DNA of 64,000 bases. It comes from Candidatus Bathyarchaeota archaeon (GTDB lineage: Archaea; Thermoproteota; Bathyarchaeia; Bathyarchaeales; Bathycorpusculaceae). The stretch covers positions 64,001 to 128,000 of the forward strand of contig CAVZIW010000001.1 of NCBI GenBank assembly GCA_963775465.1, written 5' to 3'. Of this stretch, positions 1 to 11,684 are shown piece by piece. The position numbers and the translations under genes were made by a program. The notes under the pieces are model-generated. The model was not told where the DNA came from. It saw only the letters and a list, made by a program, of their open reading frames with translations, and did no database searches. The number at the start of each line of letters is the position of its first letter. Position 1 is the stretch's first letter.

Positions 1-2525
1 GCCATTGATTCTTGAGCAACTGGAACTTGTGTTGGTGTTGGGGCTGCTGGATCAACTGCAAAAGCTGTTATGGCGTGTGATGGCCAATAAGATTCTGAGC
101 CTGCGAATGATGCGTAGACGGTATATTGTCCTTCGATGTCGGGTTTCCAGTTTAGGCTGAAGAATCCATCTTCGCTGATTGCAGTGCCGATCTCTCTGTA
201 GTTTCCGTTTGAATCAACAACGCTAATTACAATTGGTACGCCAACAGTGTCTGTGGGGCGGGGTTTTTGCATGTAGACGTATTCCATCCATCCAGTTTGG
301 CTTGCATCTGAAACTGCTGGTACACCGTTGGGGAATCGGGCTGCTTGCTCTTTTTGTGTTGTGCCTGCCGCTATATCGGTGATTGTGCCTTTTATCATGA
401 CGCTGCTTCCGCTTGGAATTACATCGTTGGTGACTGAAACAGTCATTTGGCTTGGGCCTTTGCCGACAGTGTATACTTGCATGTCGTATGTGTTGAGGAA
501 AACGAAGAATCCGTCTGCGACACGGTCGTAGGTTGCGTCCATGCCTGTGCCCCAGCCCATTAAAGTCCATATTTCTGTTCCGTCAGTAGCGTTTATGACT
601 CTGTATCGCACATCTTTGTAGAATGGTGAGTTGGGTGAGTGTTCTGTGGATCCTAAGAATAGTTTTCCGTCAGCAATAACGTCAAGATCGTATGGGTAGG
701 TTCCGTAGGATGTTTCAAGACCAGCATAGGTGCTGTTTCCGGGACCACCGTTTCCGTAGGTCCATAATAGGTCTCCATTGGTTATGTCATATGCATAGAG
801 TATTCCGCCATAGCCGGTTACGTATATTTTGCCGTAAGCTACCGCTGGATAGTTTCTGAAGTAGGTGTAGTCGTTCATCGGTTCAACTGGTCCCCATATT
901 TTTTCACCGTTGGCTAAGCTGTAACCAGACATTGTTCTAGGTTCTTTGTCGTATAGTATGAAGACGCCTAATTGTGGATCCCAGTTTGCTAAGCCTCGTG
1001 TGGCGTTGCCTTCTGCGGGGTCAAAGTGTTTTGTCCATAGTACGTGTCCTCTTGAGTTTGGGTTTAGACTTATGGCTGTTACGTTTGCTCCATCCAAAGA
1101 TGTTGTTGCGAAGGGCGCGGTTGGGTGTCCTCCGAAACTGCCTTGAACCAGAAGCATAATGTTATCCAGACTAGCTCTATCTACGCGCCATGTACCAGAG
1201 TTTGGTAATGTTATTGATATATTGTAGTCAAAGTTGTTTGGTGTGCTTGCGTCTATTGTTCCTGAGTACCATCCGCCTGCTCCAGTTCCTGCTGCTGTGC
1301 CGATTGATTTAGACGAATTCCATTGAAGAAGGCGCCAGTCAGGATTAGCGGTTGTGCCTTTGTTGACAACAGAGAATCGTATTACTTCGCCGTTTGGACC
1401 TGGGACAGCTGCGAGGTTAGTGTTGGTTGAAGGAACGCCCGTCACGGTCATACTGGTGGGCAGTCCTGTAGTTGGATCGTATGAGTTTGCAAAATTGTTT
1501 GTGAATAGAAGTCCGTTTGGCAAGATGCCGTGTTGGTTAGGGGTGTCAAGAGAGGGTAGCAGTCCAAAGCTTGGGTCAGACAAGCCAGATCCGGATCTTC
1601 CTATGTCTGGGTTGTACCATATTTCTTCGCCCGTTTGCAGATCCACGCAGATCCAGCCGCCTCCACCGCCTGAATTACCATACGGTAGCTCGTAGTAGAG
1701 TCTTCCATACATGATTATGGCGTTGGCAAATCGAGTTTGGTATGAGCCGCCTGAGTAGTACATTTCACCTGGGATGGCTGTGTTGTTTCCGCCTACTACT
1801 CCTCCATCTTGGAGTGGTCTGCTCCACATTATATGTGCACTGTTTGGTGCGATGCCATCAGGTTGTACTCTTGCTATGTAGAGACCAGAGGTTCCTCCCC
1901 CAATCGAGGCACCTGACAGGATGAATGGTTCTCCAAGCCAGTTTGATGAAATCGCATACCAGTCTGTGTTTTGTCCTTCTATTGGGCGTGTCCAATATTC
2001 AGTTGGCAGCGGATAGCTTTCTTTGGGTGCCGGAATTGGTTCTTGCTGAACTGTTAACTCAAAAGTTGCGTTTGCCGCTGTAAAGACGTCGTTGTTCCAT
2101 GTTCTCTCTGTTGATGAGCTGTTCCAAGTGTACGTTTGTCCGGGATAGTTGAATTCGAGGGTATATGTGCCGACTTGGTTTGGTGTGTAGCTGATGAATT
2201 GAACGCTAGTTGAGTCTGAGATTATTGGCCAGTTGAATGATTGTTCTGTTCCGTCAGGCGCTGTCACGGTTAGCGTATAGTCATGGCGTCGAATGTCGTT
2301 GGTTACGGTTGCACCGGGTAGAGGGCCGTCAACCCACATGATTACAAGTACGGGTTGACCAACACCAACAGGGTTTGGTCCAGCCTGCAGATAAGCATAG
2401 GAGTCAATCGTCCATATCGGTGTATGAGCGCTTGTCGTTGGTACAAAGAATGTCGATGTAGCCATTAGAACTGCGAGAAAAATCGCAATCAAAACAGCAG
2501 TATTTTTATTATTCAGATTTTTCAT
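1..2525 (-). CDS. Large secreted/surface protein, PQQ-like beta-propeller repeat type (runs off the left edge; absent from the ORF track)
   Basis: ATG at 2525 after GGAGAAAAG; N-terminus translates MKNLNNKNTAVLIAIFLAVLMATSTFFVPTTSAHTPIWTIDSYAYLQAGPNPVGVGQPVLVIMWVDGP (signal peptide plus the PNPVGVGQ start typical of bathyarchaeal propeller proteins); later segments read as propeller-like repeats; no in-window stop would explain its absence from the track. Confidence 0.8.
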   Translation of the reverse strand, partial: MKNLNNKNTAVLIAIFLAVLMATSTFFVPTTSAHTPIWTIDSYAYLQAGPNPVGVGQPVLVIMWVDGPLPGATVTNDIRRHDYTLTVTAPDGTEQSFNWPIISDSTSVQFISYTPNQVGTYTLEFNYPGQTYTWNSSSTERTWNNDVFTAANATFELTVQQEPIPAPKESYPLPTEYWTRPIEGQNTDWYAISSNWLGEPFILSGASIGGGTSGLYIARVQPDGIAPNSAHIMWSRPLQDGGVVGGNNTAIPGEMYYSGGSYQTRFANAIIMYGRLYYELPYGNSGGGGGWICVDLQTGEEIWYNPDIGRSGSGLSDPSFGLLPSLDTPNQHGILPNGLLFTNNFANSYDPTTGLPTSMTVTGVPSTNTNLAAVPGPNGEVIRFSVVNKGTTANPDWRLLQWNSSKSIGTAAGTGAGGWYSGTIDASTPNNFDYNISITLPNSGTWRVDRASLDNIMLLVQGSFGGHPTAPFATTSLDGANVTAISLNPNSRGHVLWTKHFDPAEGNATRGLANWDPQLGVFILYDKEPRTMSGYSLANGEKIWGPVEPMNDYTYFRNYPAVAYGKIYVTGYGGILYAYDITNGDLLWTYGNGGPGNSTYAGLETSYGTYPYDLDVIADGKLFLGSTEHSPNSPFYKDVRYRVINATDGTEIWTLMGWGTGMDATYDRVADGFFVFLNTYDMQVYTVGKGPSQMTVSVTNDVIPSGSSVMIKGTITDIAAGTTQKEQAARFPNGVPAVSDASQTGWMEYVYMQKPRPTDTVGVPIVISVVDSNGNYREIGTAISEDGFFSLNWKPDIEGQYTVYASFAGSESYWPSHAITAFAVDPAAPTPTQVPVAQESM

Positions 2526-3056
2526 TTTCTTTTCTCCAAGTTTATTTGATGTTAAACAGATTCACTTTAGTGGACTTGCTTAACAGAATCCATATCTCGT
2601 TTGCAGTTAGTATATATAATTTTGCCAATTTAGGATTTAATAATTTTATGGCATTATTGATTTGTGTTTGATCCAAAATAAATAATCATTTATGGAATAA
2701 ATTCGGTTTTATGTTAATTGTATCGATTAACAGAGCACGCGAAATGATAAAAACGAATTAGAAGTTAGTATTGTTGTAGACAGTATAAGGGGTAGATAAA
2801 AATAGACTACCATAATAGTACCAGATTTCTGGCTGTATACTACCCGAAGAATCTAATATGGCCATTTTTTAGAATTCGCGGCTTTGGTTTTTAGTTAATC
2901 ATTACTAATGCTTTTGATGGTATTGCTAAAAATCTACGGTTCTTGTCATAATATTACATGTAATCCTAATGCTTAAGCAATTTCTGTTAATAGAAAGTCT
3001 CACCTTAAGAAATAGAGTTTATTAGGAAGTTTTTAGTTTCTTCGTTGCACGTTGTT

Positions 3057-3130
3057 GCGGTAATAGTACAGCTTGGTTAGTACATAGGCTTGCCAAGTCT
3101 AGGACCCGGGTTCAAATCCCGGTTACCGCA
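3057..3130 (+). tRNA. tRNA-Gly (GCC)
   Basis: Acceptor stem GCGGTAA/TTACCGC, anticodon arm TAGGC-TTGCCAA-GTCTA, T arm CCGGG-TTCAAAT-CCCGG, no intron, CCA not encoded. Confidence 0.96.
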
Positions 3131-3232
3131 CTTTCATAAATAAGCTTTGGCACAGATGCTAAAATTCTTCAATGTATATCTTAATTCAGTTTGTCTTTGA
3201 AAAGCTAAAATAATGGCACATTGATTTATTGA

Positions 3233-3547
3233 TTGATGGTCTGCTTGTGTTCTGTGTGTAGAAGAAGCATTAGTGAGAATGTTAACCAACAGTCAATGAA
3301 GAGTTTTGGAACGGCTCTATGTTTAGAACATCAGAAGACCGCAAAGGCAAATAGCAATCCTGTTTACTGGTGTTCCGAATGCAAGAACGCAATTTCTCAT
3401 GAAGAGTTTACATACTCGATTAACCATTTTGACAAACCTCTCTGTTTCGGCTGCCAGCCTGAGGAAGAGGAAAAGGTAAGTGCCCCTCCTCAAAAAAGAG
3501 GCTTGAACAGAGGGTCTTTGATAGAATTTGGCAAGAAATATCCATAG
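3233..3547 (+). CDS. Small protein with two tandem CxxC-I...S...F...LCxx(H/C)Q putative zinc-binding repeats
   Basis: CSVCRRSI...SMKSFGTALCLEHQ and CSECKNAI...SINHFDKPLCFGCQ. Confidence 0.7.
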   Translation: MMVCLCSVCRRSISENVNQQSMKSFGTALCLEHQKTAKANSNPVYWCSECKNAISHEEFTYSINHFDKPLCFGCQPEEEEKVSAPPQKRGLNRGSLIEFGKKYP

Positions 3548-3938
3548 ACAAATTTGCCTAATACCTTGAAATACTAAGAGATAATTTTTATGCGGAGTTA
3601 AAAGCAGTAAAAGCAGAGCCAAAATTGACAAAAGAAATTAATGAAAATTTTTAAAGACAAAAATATTTTTGTTCAGATATAGAGCCTATTTTAATGCCAT
3701 ATATTGCCCAATCTATTTTTTACGCGCTCTTGACACATCAACCATACCAAAAGTTGAATCTAACGACTAAAAAATAGTCCGATTAATTTGTAATTTTAAT
3801 TTTACTTATTTTAATGCCGTTCGGAGACTTCTCAAACAAAATTAATCGAGAACTTGACTTAATTATCACTGTTTATGTAAATAGGTATATTTGTAAATGT
3901 TATAAACGCTTTTATGTATATTTTTTTGAAAAAGACAC

Positions 3939-3993
3939 GGTTAGGGTTGCAAGAAAATTATAAACTCTCTCTTTCTTTTTTGCAACCCTGACC
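3939..3993. repeat. Intergenic inverted repeat / stem-loop
   Basis: GGTTAGGGTTGCAA ... TTGCAACCCTGACC, 14-bp stem with one G-T pair. Confidence 0.7.
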
Positions 3994-4101
3994 ACTTAAT
4001 TGTATCAAAATCTTATCCTATATCGGAAAGAAGTTTAGATGCTTCAGCCTTCGAACAATTATTATTCGTGAAAAAAGGACAAGTGGCAGCTTTTTCATTT
4101 C

Positions 4102-4269
4102 TTAATTTAGTTTTTTTGTTTCTAAGAGGACAATTTTGTGGCAGTTTACACATCTGGAATAAACCAATTCAAATCCATGAAGTAGATCAAAATGTCTCTG
4201 CTTATACAATTCATGCTTTGTATGATCACAAGTTAGTTGCCTTTCACAAACTGAGTAGTCATCACTCAT
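4102..4269 (-). CDS. Small hypothetical protein (55 aa, CxH and CxxC), below ORF-track cutoff
   Basis: GGAGAAGG upstream of ATG; MSDDYSVCERQLTCDHTKHELYKQRHFDLLHGFELVYSRCVNCHKIVLLETKKLN. Confidence 0.5.
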   Translation of the reverse strand: MSDDYSVCERQLTCDHTKHELYKQRHFDLLHGFELVYSRCVNCHKIVLLETKKLN

Positions 4270-4640
4270 TTGCCTTCTCCTTTCCCTGCGAAAAGCTTTC
4301 CTTTCGCCTCAAACAAGGGATTAACTTCAGAGTTTAAAAGTGATATTCCAAAAAAAAGAATATTGCAAAAACTTAGAACTGCTAACGCATTGCCCTGAAT
4401 TATCCTTTTTCATAAATACTTTGCTAGTTTTATCTTTGTGGAATAAAATGCTCATCAGGAACTCCTCTTGTTGATCTGGCTTTAAAAGACAATAAGTAGA
4501 CATTATCGATTCTCCTTCATGATTATTCTTAGTAAAGAACGTCAACTGAGAGTCATCAAAGAGTTAAAGTTCGAATAGTTTGTTCAAGTCCATAGCAAAA
4601 TATACTAAAAAGATTAGAAAATTCTAATCGAAAGAATACT

Positions 4641-5597
4641 TTACGAACAAATTCGATCTGGTACTTCGAGGTGCAACTCTTTCTTTAAGCACTTGTATCT
4701 GTTTCTAACAGTCACTTCAGTTACTCCAGAAGCTTCTGCAATATCTTTTTGGGTTTTCTTTTCATTATTTTGAAGGCATGCTATGTAGAGTGTGGCTGCA
4801 GCTAATCCCATTGGGTCTTTCCCCGCTGAAAACCGTTTCTTTCGAGCCTCTCTGAGTAATGAAATCGCTATACCCTGTGTTTTCCCCGATATTCCGGTTT
4901 TTTCAGCAATCGTTGAGATATATGTCAATGAGTGTGCAATTGGCATTTTAATGCTGAGCTTTTGAAGTATGAGTCTATAACAGCGAGCAACATCTTTTTT
5001 ATCTACGAGACTTGCTTCAGCAATATCGCGAAGGGTGCGAGGTGTTCCGCTTTCACGGCAGGAAGCATAAACTGCAGCTGCCATGATCGAGTTAATTGAC
5101 CTTCCGCGAACCAAACCCTGGTCAAGCGCTTTTCTGTAAATTAGAGCTGCTTTTTCTTTGATTTGAGGTGGAATGTAAACGGTTCCGGATAAACGGTCAA
5201 GTTCGCCCATGGCTTGTGCGAGGTTGCGATCGATTGATGAATGCACCCGACTTCGTATTTGCCATTTTCTAAGACGCCACATTTGCAGCCTTGTTGAGAT
5301 AGGCAATTTTCTACCGAATGCATCCCTGTCGATTTGACTAATGGTTGTGGACAGTCCTTTGTCATGAATTGAGTATGATGTTGGGAGACCTACGCGGCTT
5401 CTTGAGACTTTCTCTTGCTGGGTAAACGCTCGCCATTCTGGTCCTTTAGCTAATGTCTGTTCATATAAAACTAGACCGCAGTCTCCGCAGATTGTTTCGC
5501 CTGCATCATAATCGTGAATTAGATTTTTGCTTGTACATTCTGGGCAATTTTCAACTTTGCGTTGTTGCGGGTTAGAAATTTTTTGGGTTATACTCAT
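4641..5597 (-). CDS. tfb: Transcription initiation factor IIB
   Basis: Zn ribbon CPEC...CGDCG, GPEWRAF B-reader, two cyclin repeats ending TQKDIAEASGVTEVTVRNRY. Confidence 0.97.
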   Translation of the reverse strand: MSITQKISNPQQRKVENCPECTSKNLIHDYDAGETICGDCGLVLYEQTLAKGPEWRAFTQQEKVSRSRVGLPTSYSIHDKGLSTTISQIDRDAFGRKLPISTRLQMWRLRKWQIRSRVHSSIDRNLAQAMGELDRLSGTVYIPPQIKEKAALIYRKALDQGLVRGRSINSIMAAAVYASCRESGTPRTLRDIAEASLVDKKDVARCYRLILQKLSIKMPIAHSLTYISTIAEKTGISGKTQGIAISLLREARKKRFSAGKDPMGLAAATLYIACLQNNEKKTQKDIAEASGVTEVTVRNRYKCLKKELHLEVPDRICS

Positions 5598-6181
5598 TTT
5601 TCATATTCCTTTTGATACTTAATTAATGAGGTCTTCTCACATTTTCTTCAGTGTCGAAGCTCCACGTTAAATGAACGTTTTATTTTTTTTGTCTTGGAGC
5701 TTTGCTCGAAAATAATTAGTGACTTTCAAGTTAACTAAAAGAACAAAGGAGCCTCTTCAACTACATATAGTAAAGGTTGGTGCTCGCTTATAAAGGCAAA
5801 TATCAAAAATGCTTAGTTTGCATGGAAAACTTGTTAATAGCTGTTAATTGAGATGTGTCTGTTATTGCAAAATTAAATATTTAAAAAATAATTTGCTATT
5901 TTTTTGATGCAATTATGCAATGATATTCTTTTGACTTTATTACAATCAGTGGTTGATTAATCTATGCATATTCGTTGTCTTTGTCTTTATGCTCATAGCT
6001 GTGATAAATTCTTTGGATCTTTAGCTGTATTGACAAAGTTTAATGGGATTCCCTATTGTTGTAGTTTCTAGTTTGACGATGTTGAGTATCTGATTTGATT
6101 CTGTTTGTTGTAGTGTGTTGACTATAACATATCCTTAAACACAGATCTATGCAATATTGAGATATGTTAGAAGGTGATCTT

Positions 6182-6337
6182 TTGATTCAAAATTTGGAAA
6201 TTAATTCTGCGATAACTGATTTATTGAAAAAGAACGGATATACTGAAGATATAATAAAAACAGTCATAACACTCTACAGTCAACCAACAAATAAAAACAG
6301 AAGAATCCAGTCTCGAAACAATAAAAATGTACTATGA
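6182..6337 (+). CDS. Small hypothetical protein (51 aa), below cutoff
   Basis: AGGTGA RBS then TTG; IQNLEINSAITDLLKKNGYTEDIIKTVITLYSQP... Confidence 0.45.
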   Translation: MIQNLEINSAITDLLKKNGYTEDIIKTVITLYSQPTNKNRRIQSRNNKNVL

Positions 6338-6470
6338 CTAATCAGCAATTATATTGATTGAAACAACGATTCAAATTGGACTAGTCACTACCGCGAATTT
6401 TGTTGAATCTGCAAATAATACTCAAAGTGAATATTTTCCATTTCTGAGGTCTCAATGACTAATTTGTTGA

Positions 6471-7025
6471 TCACAGGGTTTTTTCGTCAAGCTCACGGTA
6501 CTTTTCCATAGAATATTTTACGATTTCCCGAGCTTCTTTTGCGTTTTTCCATGCTCTTATCTTTACCCATTTATGGGGTTCAAGTCTTTTGTAAGTTTCA
6601 AAGAACTCTTGAATCTCTATGAGCCGATTTTTATGAATATCCGTAATGTCATGGTAGCCTTCAAATCGGGCATCATTGATTAGCACTGAAAGAATCTTGG
6701 CGTCCAAGCCTTCTTCGTCCTCAATTATTAGAGCGCCTATTACTCTAACTTTAACAATGCAGCCTACTGTTAGCGGGGCGTTGCTGAGCACCATTATATC
6801 TAAGGGATCATCATCGTCAAACCATGTCTGAGGAACGAAACCGTACTCTACTGGGAAAACGACCGACGAAGGAATAATTCTATCCAGAACGAAGGCTTCC
6901 CACTCTATGTTGTATTCGTATTTGTCACGGGAGCCACTTATGACTTCGATAATCATGTTCAGGAGTTCAGGTGGATTATCTCCGGCTGGGAGGTCTTTCC
7001 AAAAGTTCATTGTCTTTTCACCCAT
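6471..7025 (-). CDS. ppa: Soluble inorganic pyrophosphatase (family I)
   Basis: KYEY, YGFVPQT, DDDDPLD, FFETYKRLE motifs. Confidence 0.96.
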   Translation of the reverse strand: MGEKTMNFWKDLPAGDNPPELLNMIIEVISGSRDKYEYNIEWEAFVLDRIIPSSVVFPVEYGFVPQTWFDDDDPLDIMVLSNAPLTVGCIVKVRVIGALIIEDEEGLDAKILSVLINDARFEGYHDITDIHKNRLIEIQEFFETYKRLEPHKWVKIRAWKNAKEAREIVKYSMEKYRELDEKTL

Positions 7026-7241
7026 CTTTTTGCAGAAGAGTTAATCATGCATTTAAGCGCTTGCGCCCATATTTCACTTTTTCTGTATCTTGTTTGTGCT
7101 AAGGAGAAAAACAGTCAAATGATGTTTTAAAGATTTGCAGCTTCAATCATTTGTCAAGTTTTTCTGTTGTAGTCTGTAGGCAATCACAAGCCTTAATATT
7201 GATGATTGGTATTTTATGGTGAAAACAAGGAGCATGGTCGA

Positions 7242-7589
7242 ATGGACTTTTGTTCTAAATGTGGAACACGCCTCATTCCCAAGAAAGTGAAATCTGCAAA
7301 TCAACGTCTAGTAATTCTGTCATGCAGTAAATGCGGAAACAAAGCGAAAGAAACAAATGAAAAAATGCAATTAAACAGCAAGACTATACCTCATAATCCG
7401 AAGCAGCTAGTGGCTGTAATAGACAAAGAAAAACAACTCAGCACGATGCCCACCATACGCTTTACTTGCCTGCGTTGCGGGAACCAGAATGCTTATGCAT
7501 GGCAGGTTCAAACAAGGGGCAGCGACGAATCATCAACACAGTTCCTAAGATGCACCAGTTGCGGGTACACCTTTAGAGAAAATACATGA
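7242..7589 (+). CDS. tfs: Transcription factor S (TFS/RpoM)
   Basis: MDFCSKCG N-terminal ribbon; C-terminal CLRCG...QTRGSDES...CTSCG with intact DE dyad; start moved from 7206 to the ATG at 7242. Confidence 0.93.
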   Translation: MDFCSKCGTRLIPKKVKSANQRLVILSCSKCGNKAKETNEKMQLNSKTIPHNPKQLVAVIDKEKQLSTMPTIRFTCLRCGNQNAYAWQVQTRGSDESSTQFLRCTSCGYTFRENT

Positions 7590-7906
7590 AAAAATTCAGC
7601 AATCATTTTAGAGTATCTTTCATTTTTGGGCACCCAACCATGGGGCAAAAAATACAAAAGCCACATTTTTCCAACAGTAAAAATCCATTTTCTTCAATCA
7701 AAATTAACCCTCCGTAATTATTTTAGACGATCTTTTATTCAAAGATGAATATTTGTGGTTTAGTCTTAGAACCCTTCTATTACAGCTACCTTTTGACGCT
7801 TAGAACCAAACCTGTTTTTTCAGAAAATTTCCAACATTCTTTTCACTAATCGATAATGCTCTGTAATCTGATCTTTCAATCTTAGCATTCTCTTGGCAGG
7901 GATTGA

Positions 7907-8158
7907 TTATTGGATTTTATCTGAATAAGAAGATTTACAGTTCATGCACTGTTTTTTATGAACACATAATTCATCTGTAAAGGGACAGATAAGAAATATT
8001 TTTGGCAGATAATTGTTTAACGCTTTATTCACAACTGATTCGAAATCCATGTTTGCTTCAGTTAGAAGTCTCCGAATTTCCCTTGTACTTTTATAAGTTC
8101 TAACATTAACTGCTTTCATAACTAAACCCATTTTAGCAAAATTAAGCCCTTTCATCAA
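7907..8158 (-). CDS. Hypothetical protein with C-terminal Cys cluster
   Basis: CPFTDELC...QCMNC; 83-aa ORF. Confidence 0.55.
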   Translation of the reverse strand: MMKGLNFAKMGLVMKAVNVRTYKSTREIRRLLTEANMDFESVVNKALNNYLPKIFLICPFTDELCVHKKQCMNCKSSYSDKIQ

Positions 8159-8619
8159 CTAAACAAATCTTATGTGAGCGCTGAAATGACTTTTCAAGAG
8201 TACGGTAAGTTCCACAATAGCTTCCTCCGCCTCTACGACATGTAGAACTTGTTTTAGAGTAGAAATGACATCTATTCTTATTCTTACAGCTTCTTAACGT
8301 ATAAAATACTCTCCTCTTATTGATTAAAAATTAGCTCGGAACCTTAAGAGCTATATTTCCTTAGTTGCAATATTTCCAAAAACAGAATATAGAACCGAGG
8401 CTATTATTGAAAAATTGGAACTCAAAGCGGTTTTATTTCTTAAATTCTTTTTCCTCCTTTTTTCAACGTCTTATACTTAAACAAGTATAATGTTCTGCAA
8501 ATACCTGATCAAGTTTGGTATAGTTAAAATTAACCCAACGTTCAAAAAAATTTCGTTTTCATTAAAAAATATAATAAAGTACTCATGTTGTTTACAGATT
8601 TTCAATTAAACTTGCTCAG

Positions 8620-11600
8620 TTGAAATATAGCAAAGTCTTTTCAGCAAGTACGCATGAATTGAAAAAAGAGGAGGCAAACTTGCTTAGTAAAGACAAAACT
8701 AAAAAATTAATAATCAAAAATGCACCCCTCCTCATCATTCTATTCGGTACTGCATTAATCGTATTTACGCTTGGTCCATACCAAAGCTATGACACCCACC
8801 TAGAATTTGAAGCATCCTCAAACATCGTTAAAACAGGTGTTCCCTACGTCCAAGCATATGGAACTGCGATTGATGAACCACCATTGGGCTTCTACACTGA
8901 GGCATTTTTCTTAAGACTTTTTGGCTTATCAGCCAACACAGGAGTAATAATAGTTACGCTCTTTGGGCTTGCATCAGTTGTCTTAATGTACCTATTAGGC
9001 AAAGAATTGTACGACAAAACAACAGGACTTATTGCTGCAGCTCTTTTCGGTTTAAACCCCTGGCAACTTGTGCTCTCACGAAGCTTCCTTATCGATATCC
9101 AATGCCTCTTTTTCAGCATTCTTTCTCTGTTTATAGGAATTTTAGCCATTCGAAGAGGTTCAGTAAAAATCACATTAGCTACAGGAGTGATTTTTGCATT
9201 TGCCCTCATGACAAAATTCTATGCTGCCTTCGTCCTTATCCCTCTTTTTTTATTTTACGTCTATTCTCGACCCAAAAGCCTAAAACTAGTTCTCAGCCAA
9301 TTAACCGCATTCTCACTTCCAGCGCTAATGTTTGCTTTCTTTTGGTATCAGATAATTCTCGGTCATAATCTTCTTTGGATTTTCCATCACAATGACTTTG
9401 CCGATGTAGTTCCTGCAAGTACAGGTATCGTTACATCCCCTTTTTTTGCCGTTAATTTCTTGATGAATTACGGCTTAGGCGTTTGTTTTGTTGTAGCTAT
9501 CGCTTTTTCAATGCTTTTGACCCTCTCTCTTAAAAAATATTTTTCCAGAACAACAATTATTGACGTGATATTTCTATCCTCGGCAGCGTTTGTCTTAGCT
9601 ATTAATACTATTCTTGGTGCAGGTTTTAACCTTAATGTTCCATATTTTAGCGCGCTCAAATACGATTTACAAGCCCTTCCATTTCTAATTCTATTATGCG
9701 CATCATTAAGTATCAAGGGCATGTCAATTTTTAAAGCGGCAAAATCACTGGCTCAGCCAAGCAAAATTTTTTTCTATGTTATTTCAATAGTAACAGTTGT
9801 TCTACTTGGTGCGTCTCTAATTTCAAGCATATATACTACAAATGCGCTCTCAGCCCGTGATTATCTGCAATATCGAGTAGAACCGCAAGTTGATTATGGA
9901 TATGCACTGCTAAATCCAACGCCGTTAGCCATTGGGAGTGCATCTATGGCTATTCAGATTTTTGGCTTCGCAACTGTTTTATGTTCTTTAATGTTGGTCG
10001 CTAGACAAGAAGTTTTGAAGTTCGGTTCAAAGTTGAAGAATTCAATATATGCTAGTTACCTTATGCTGAATAACACTACTGTAACCAAGGACGTGACTGA
10101 TCAACCACCCAATCGATTTCGGGCAATCCTTAACAGGTGGCGAGTAGGCTTTTTATTATTTGCAGCCGTATATTGCGCTATTTTGCTTCTCACCTTAACG
10201 CATTATCCAATGCAGTGGGATGAGGTTATTCATCTTAACGGTGCTTTAAATTTACTATCGGGAAATTTCAATATCTATATCAATAATTCTTTCTACCCTC
10301 CGCTTCTTGATAGCGTAACTGCTTTCTCTTTTAATCTGGTTGGAGTTAGCTTGTTTTCAGCAAGGCTAGTTTCTGTCTTGTTTTCCCTTCTCTCGCTTTG
10401 GGTAGTGTTTGAACTCGCCAACATTATGTATGGAGAAAAAGTCGGGGTCCTCTCAGCTGTTCTACTATCGATTATGCCAGGTTACTTCTGGTTATCCCGG
10501 ATAACGTTGCTTGAAACAATGTTGCTTTTCTTCATTTTACTTGCGCTATTGTTTTTCTATCTTTGGATGAAAAATAAACAAGATAGATACTTATTTTTTA
10601 GCGGTTTTGCTGTTGGTTTAGGTTTCTTAACTAAGTATCAAGCCATAATTGCAGGAGCCATAATGGTTGTAAGTATTCTTTTTATTGCACGAGGTCAACT
10701 TAAACGTATATTCTCAAGGTTTTCTATCGTAATTGTTACGGCTTTTTTAGTTGTTATTCCATGGATTGTTGCTGCCTATCAAGTATATGCATCTAAATTA
10801 TTCAGTCAATGGCTTTACGCGCTACAAGTAGGCAATCCCGAAAAAGCCTTCTACAGCGACCGTTACCCTGCTCCTATTTTTTATTTCATAGATATGGTTT
10901 GGCCCTACGATACTTTCCACCCAATTTCAATCTTCATCTATATAGTGGGTCTAGGAGGACTAAGTATTTCTAGCATTTCGACACAGCAAAAAAGACAGAT
11001 TTCTACTAATCTGGTTTGCTAGGCATCTTTATTTTCTTCACTCTCATAGCCAACAAGGAATGGCGCTACGTGGTTCCGCTTTTTCCAGTCCTATCCATCT
11101 CAGCTGCCGTGCTTATTTCATTTGGATATGCCAACCTTAACGCTTGGAAAAAGCGGTCTCCCATAAGCAATCGGCGTCATCGAAAGATTGTGGCTGGCTT
11201 ATTTGTTGTTGTAGTTGCAAGTGCAATGGCTTACAGCATCTACGATGTCTACTCTATAACTTCTTACTTCGATGTGAATATACAGCTAGAACCTGCAACT
11301 GTTTACGCAATGAACCGCATGCAAAACAACCAATCAATCATGGTGATGTGCCCCTTCAACTTCTTTAGCCAAGACATGATCCTATTCTACCTGGCAAAGA
11401 ACGGCAATACCCAAATCCCTGTTTATCAGTACCCCGTGTTACCCGTTGATACCTACACAATTAACTTCAACATAACAGAGTTAATTTCCCTCTGCAAACA
11501 AGAGAACGTCAAATACCTTTTTACGTATGAAAACGGTGGTACCCCAACTTACTATAACAGCACAGTTAACCTTGTCCAACTTTACCAGCAAATCTACGCT

Positions 11601-11684
11601 TCCGGCAACTTCAGCCAATGGACCGACAATGGAACTTTTGGTGTTAACCCGCGAAGAATAATCATTCTAACCTTTTTAGGTTGA
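8620..11684 (+). pseudogene. Double-domain GT-C fold glycosyltransferase (GT39/ArnT/PMT-like), interrupted by two +1 frameshifts
   Basis: Two PMT-like modules (DEPPLG...TKFY; WDEVIH...YPPL...LTKYQ); removing single bases near 10962 and 11018 gives GLVFLAFRHSKKDRFLLIWFLGIFIFFTLIANKEWRY and joins ORFs 8620-11022 and 11016-11684. Confidence 0.8.

Noticed and set aside
223-1924. Short ORFs listed in the first 2 kb
   Set aside because: Alternative frames of the long minus-strand surface-protein gene
3057-3130. tRNA-Gly as an integration site
   Set aside because: No duplicate of its 3' end and no adjacent integrase seen in the window
7600-7720. Possible Cys-rich micro-ORF on the minus strand (CGFCIFCPMVGCP)
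   Set aside because: No in-frame start without assuming a frameshift; too speculative
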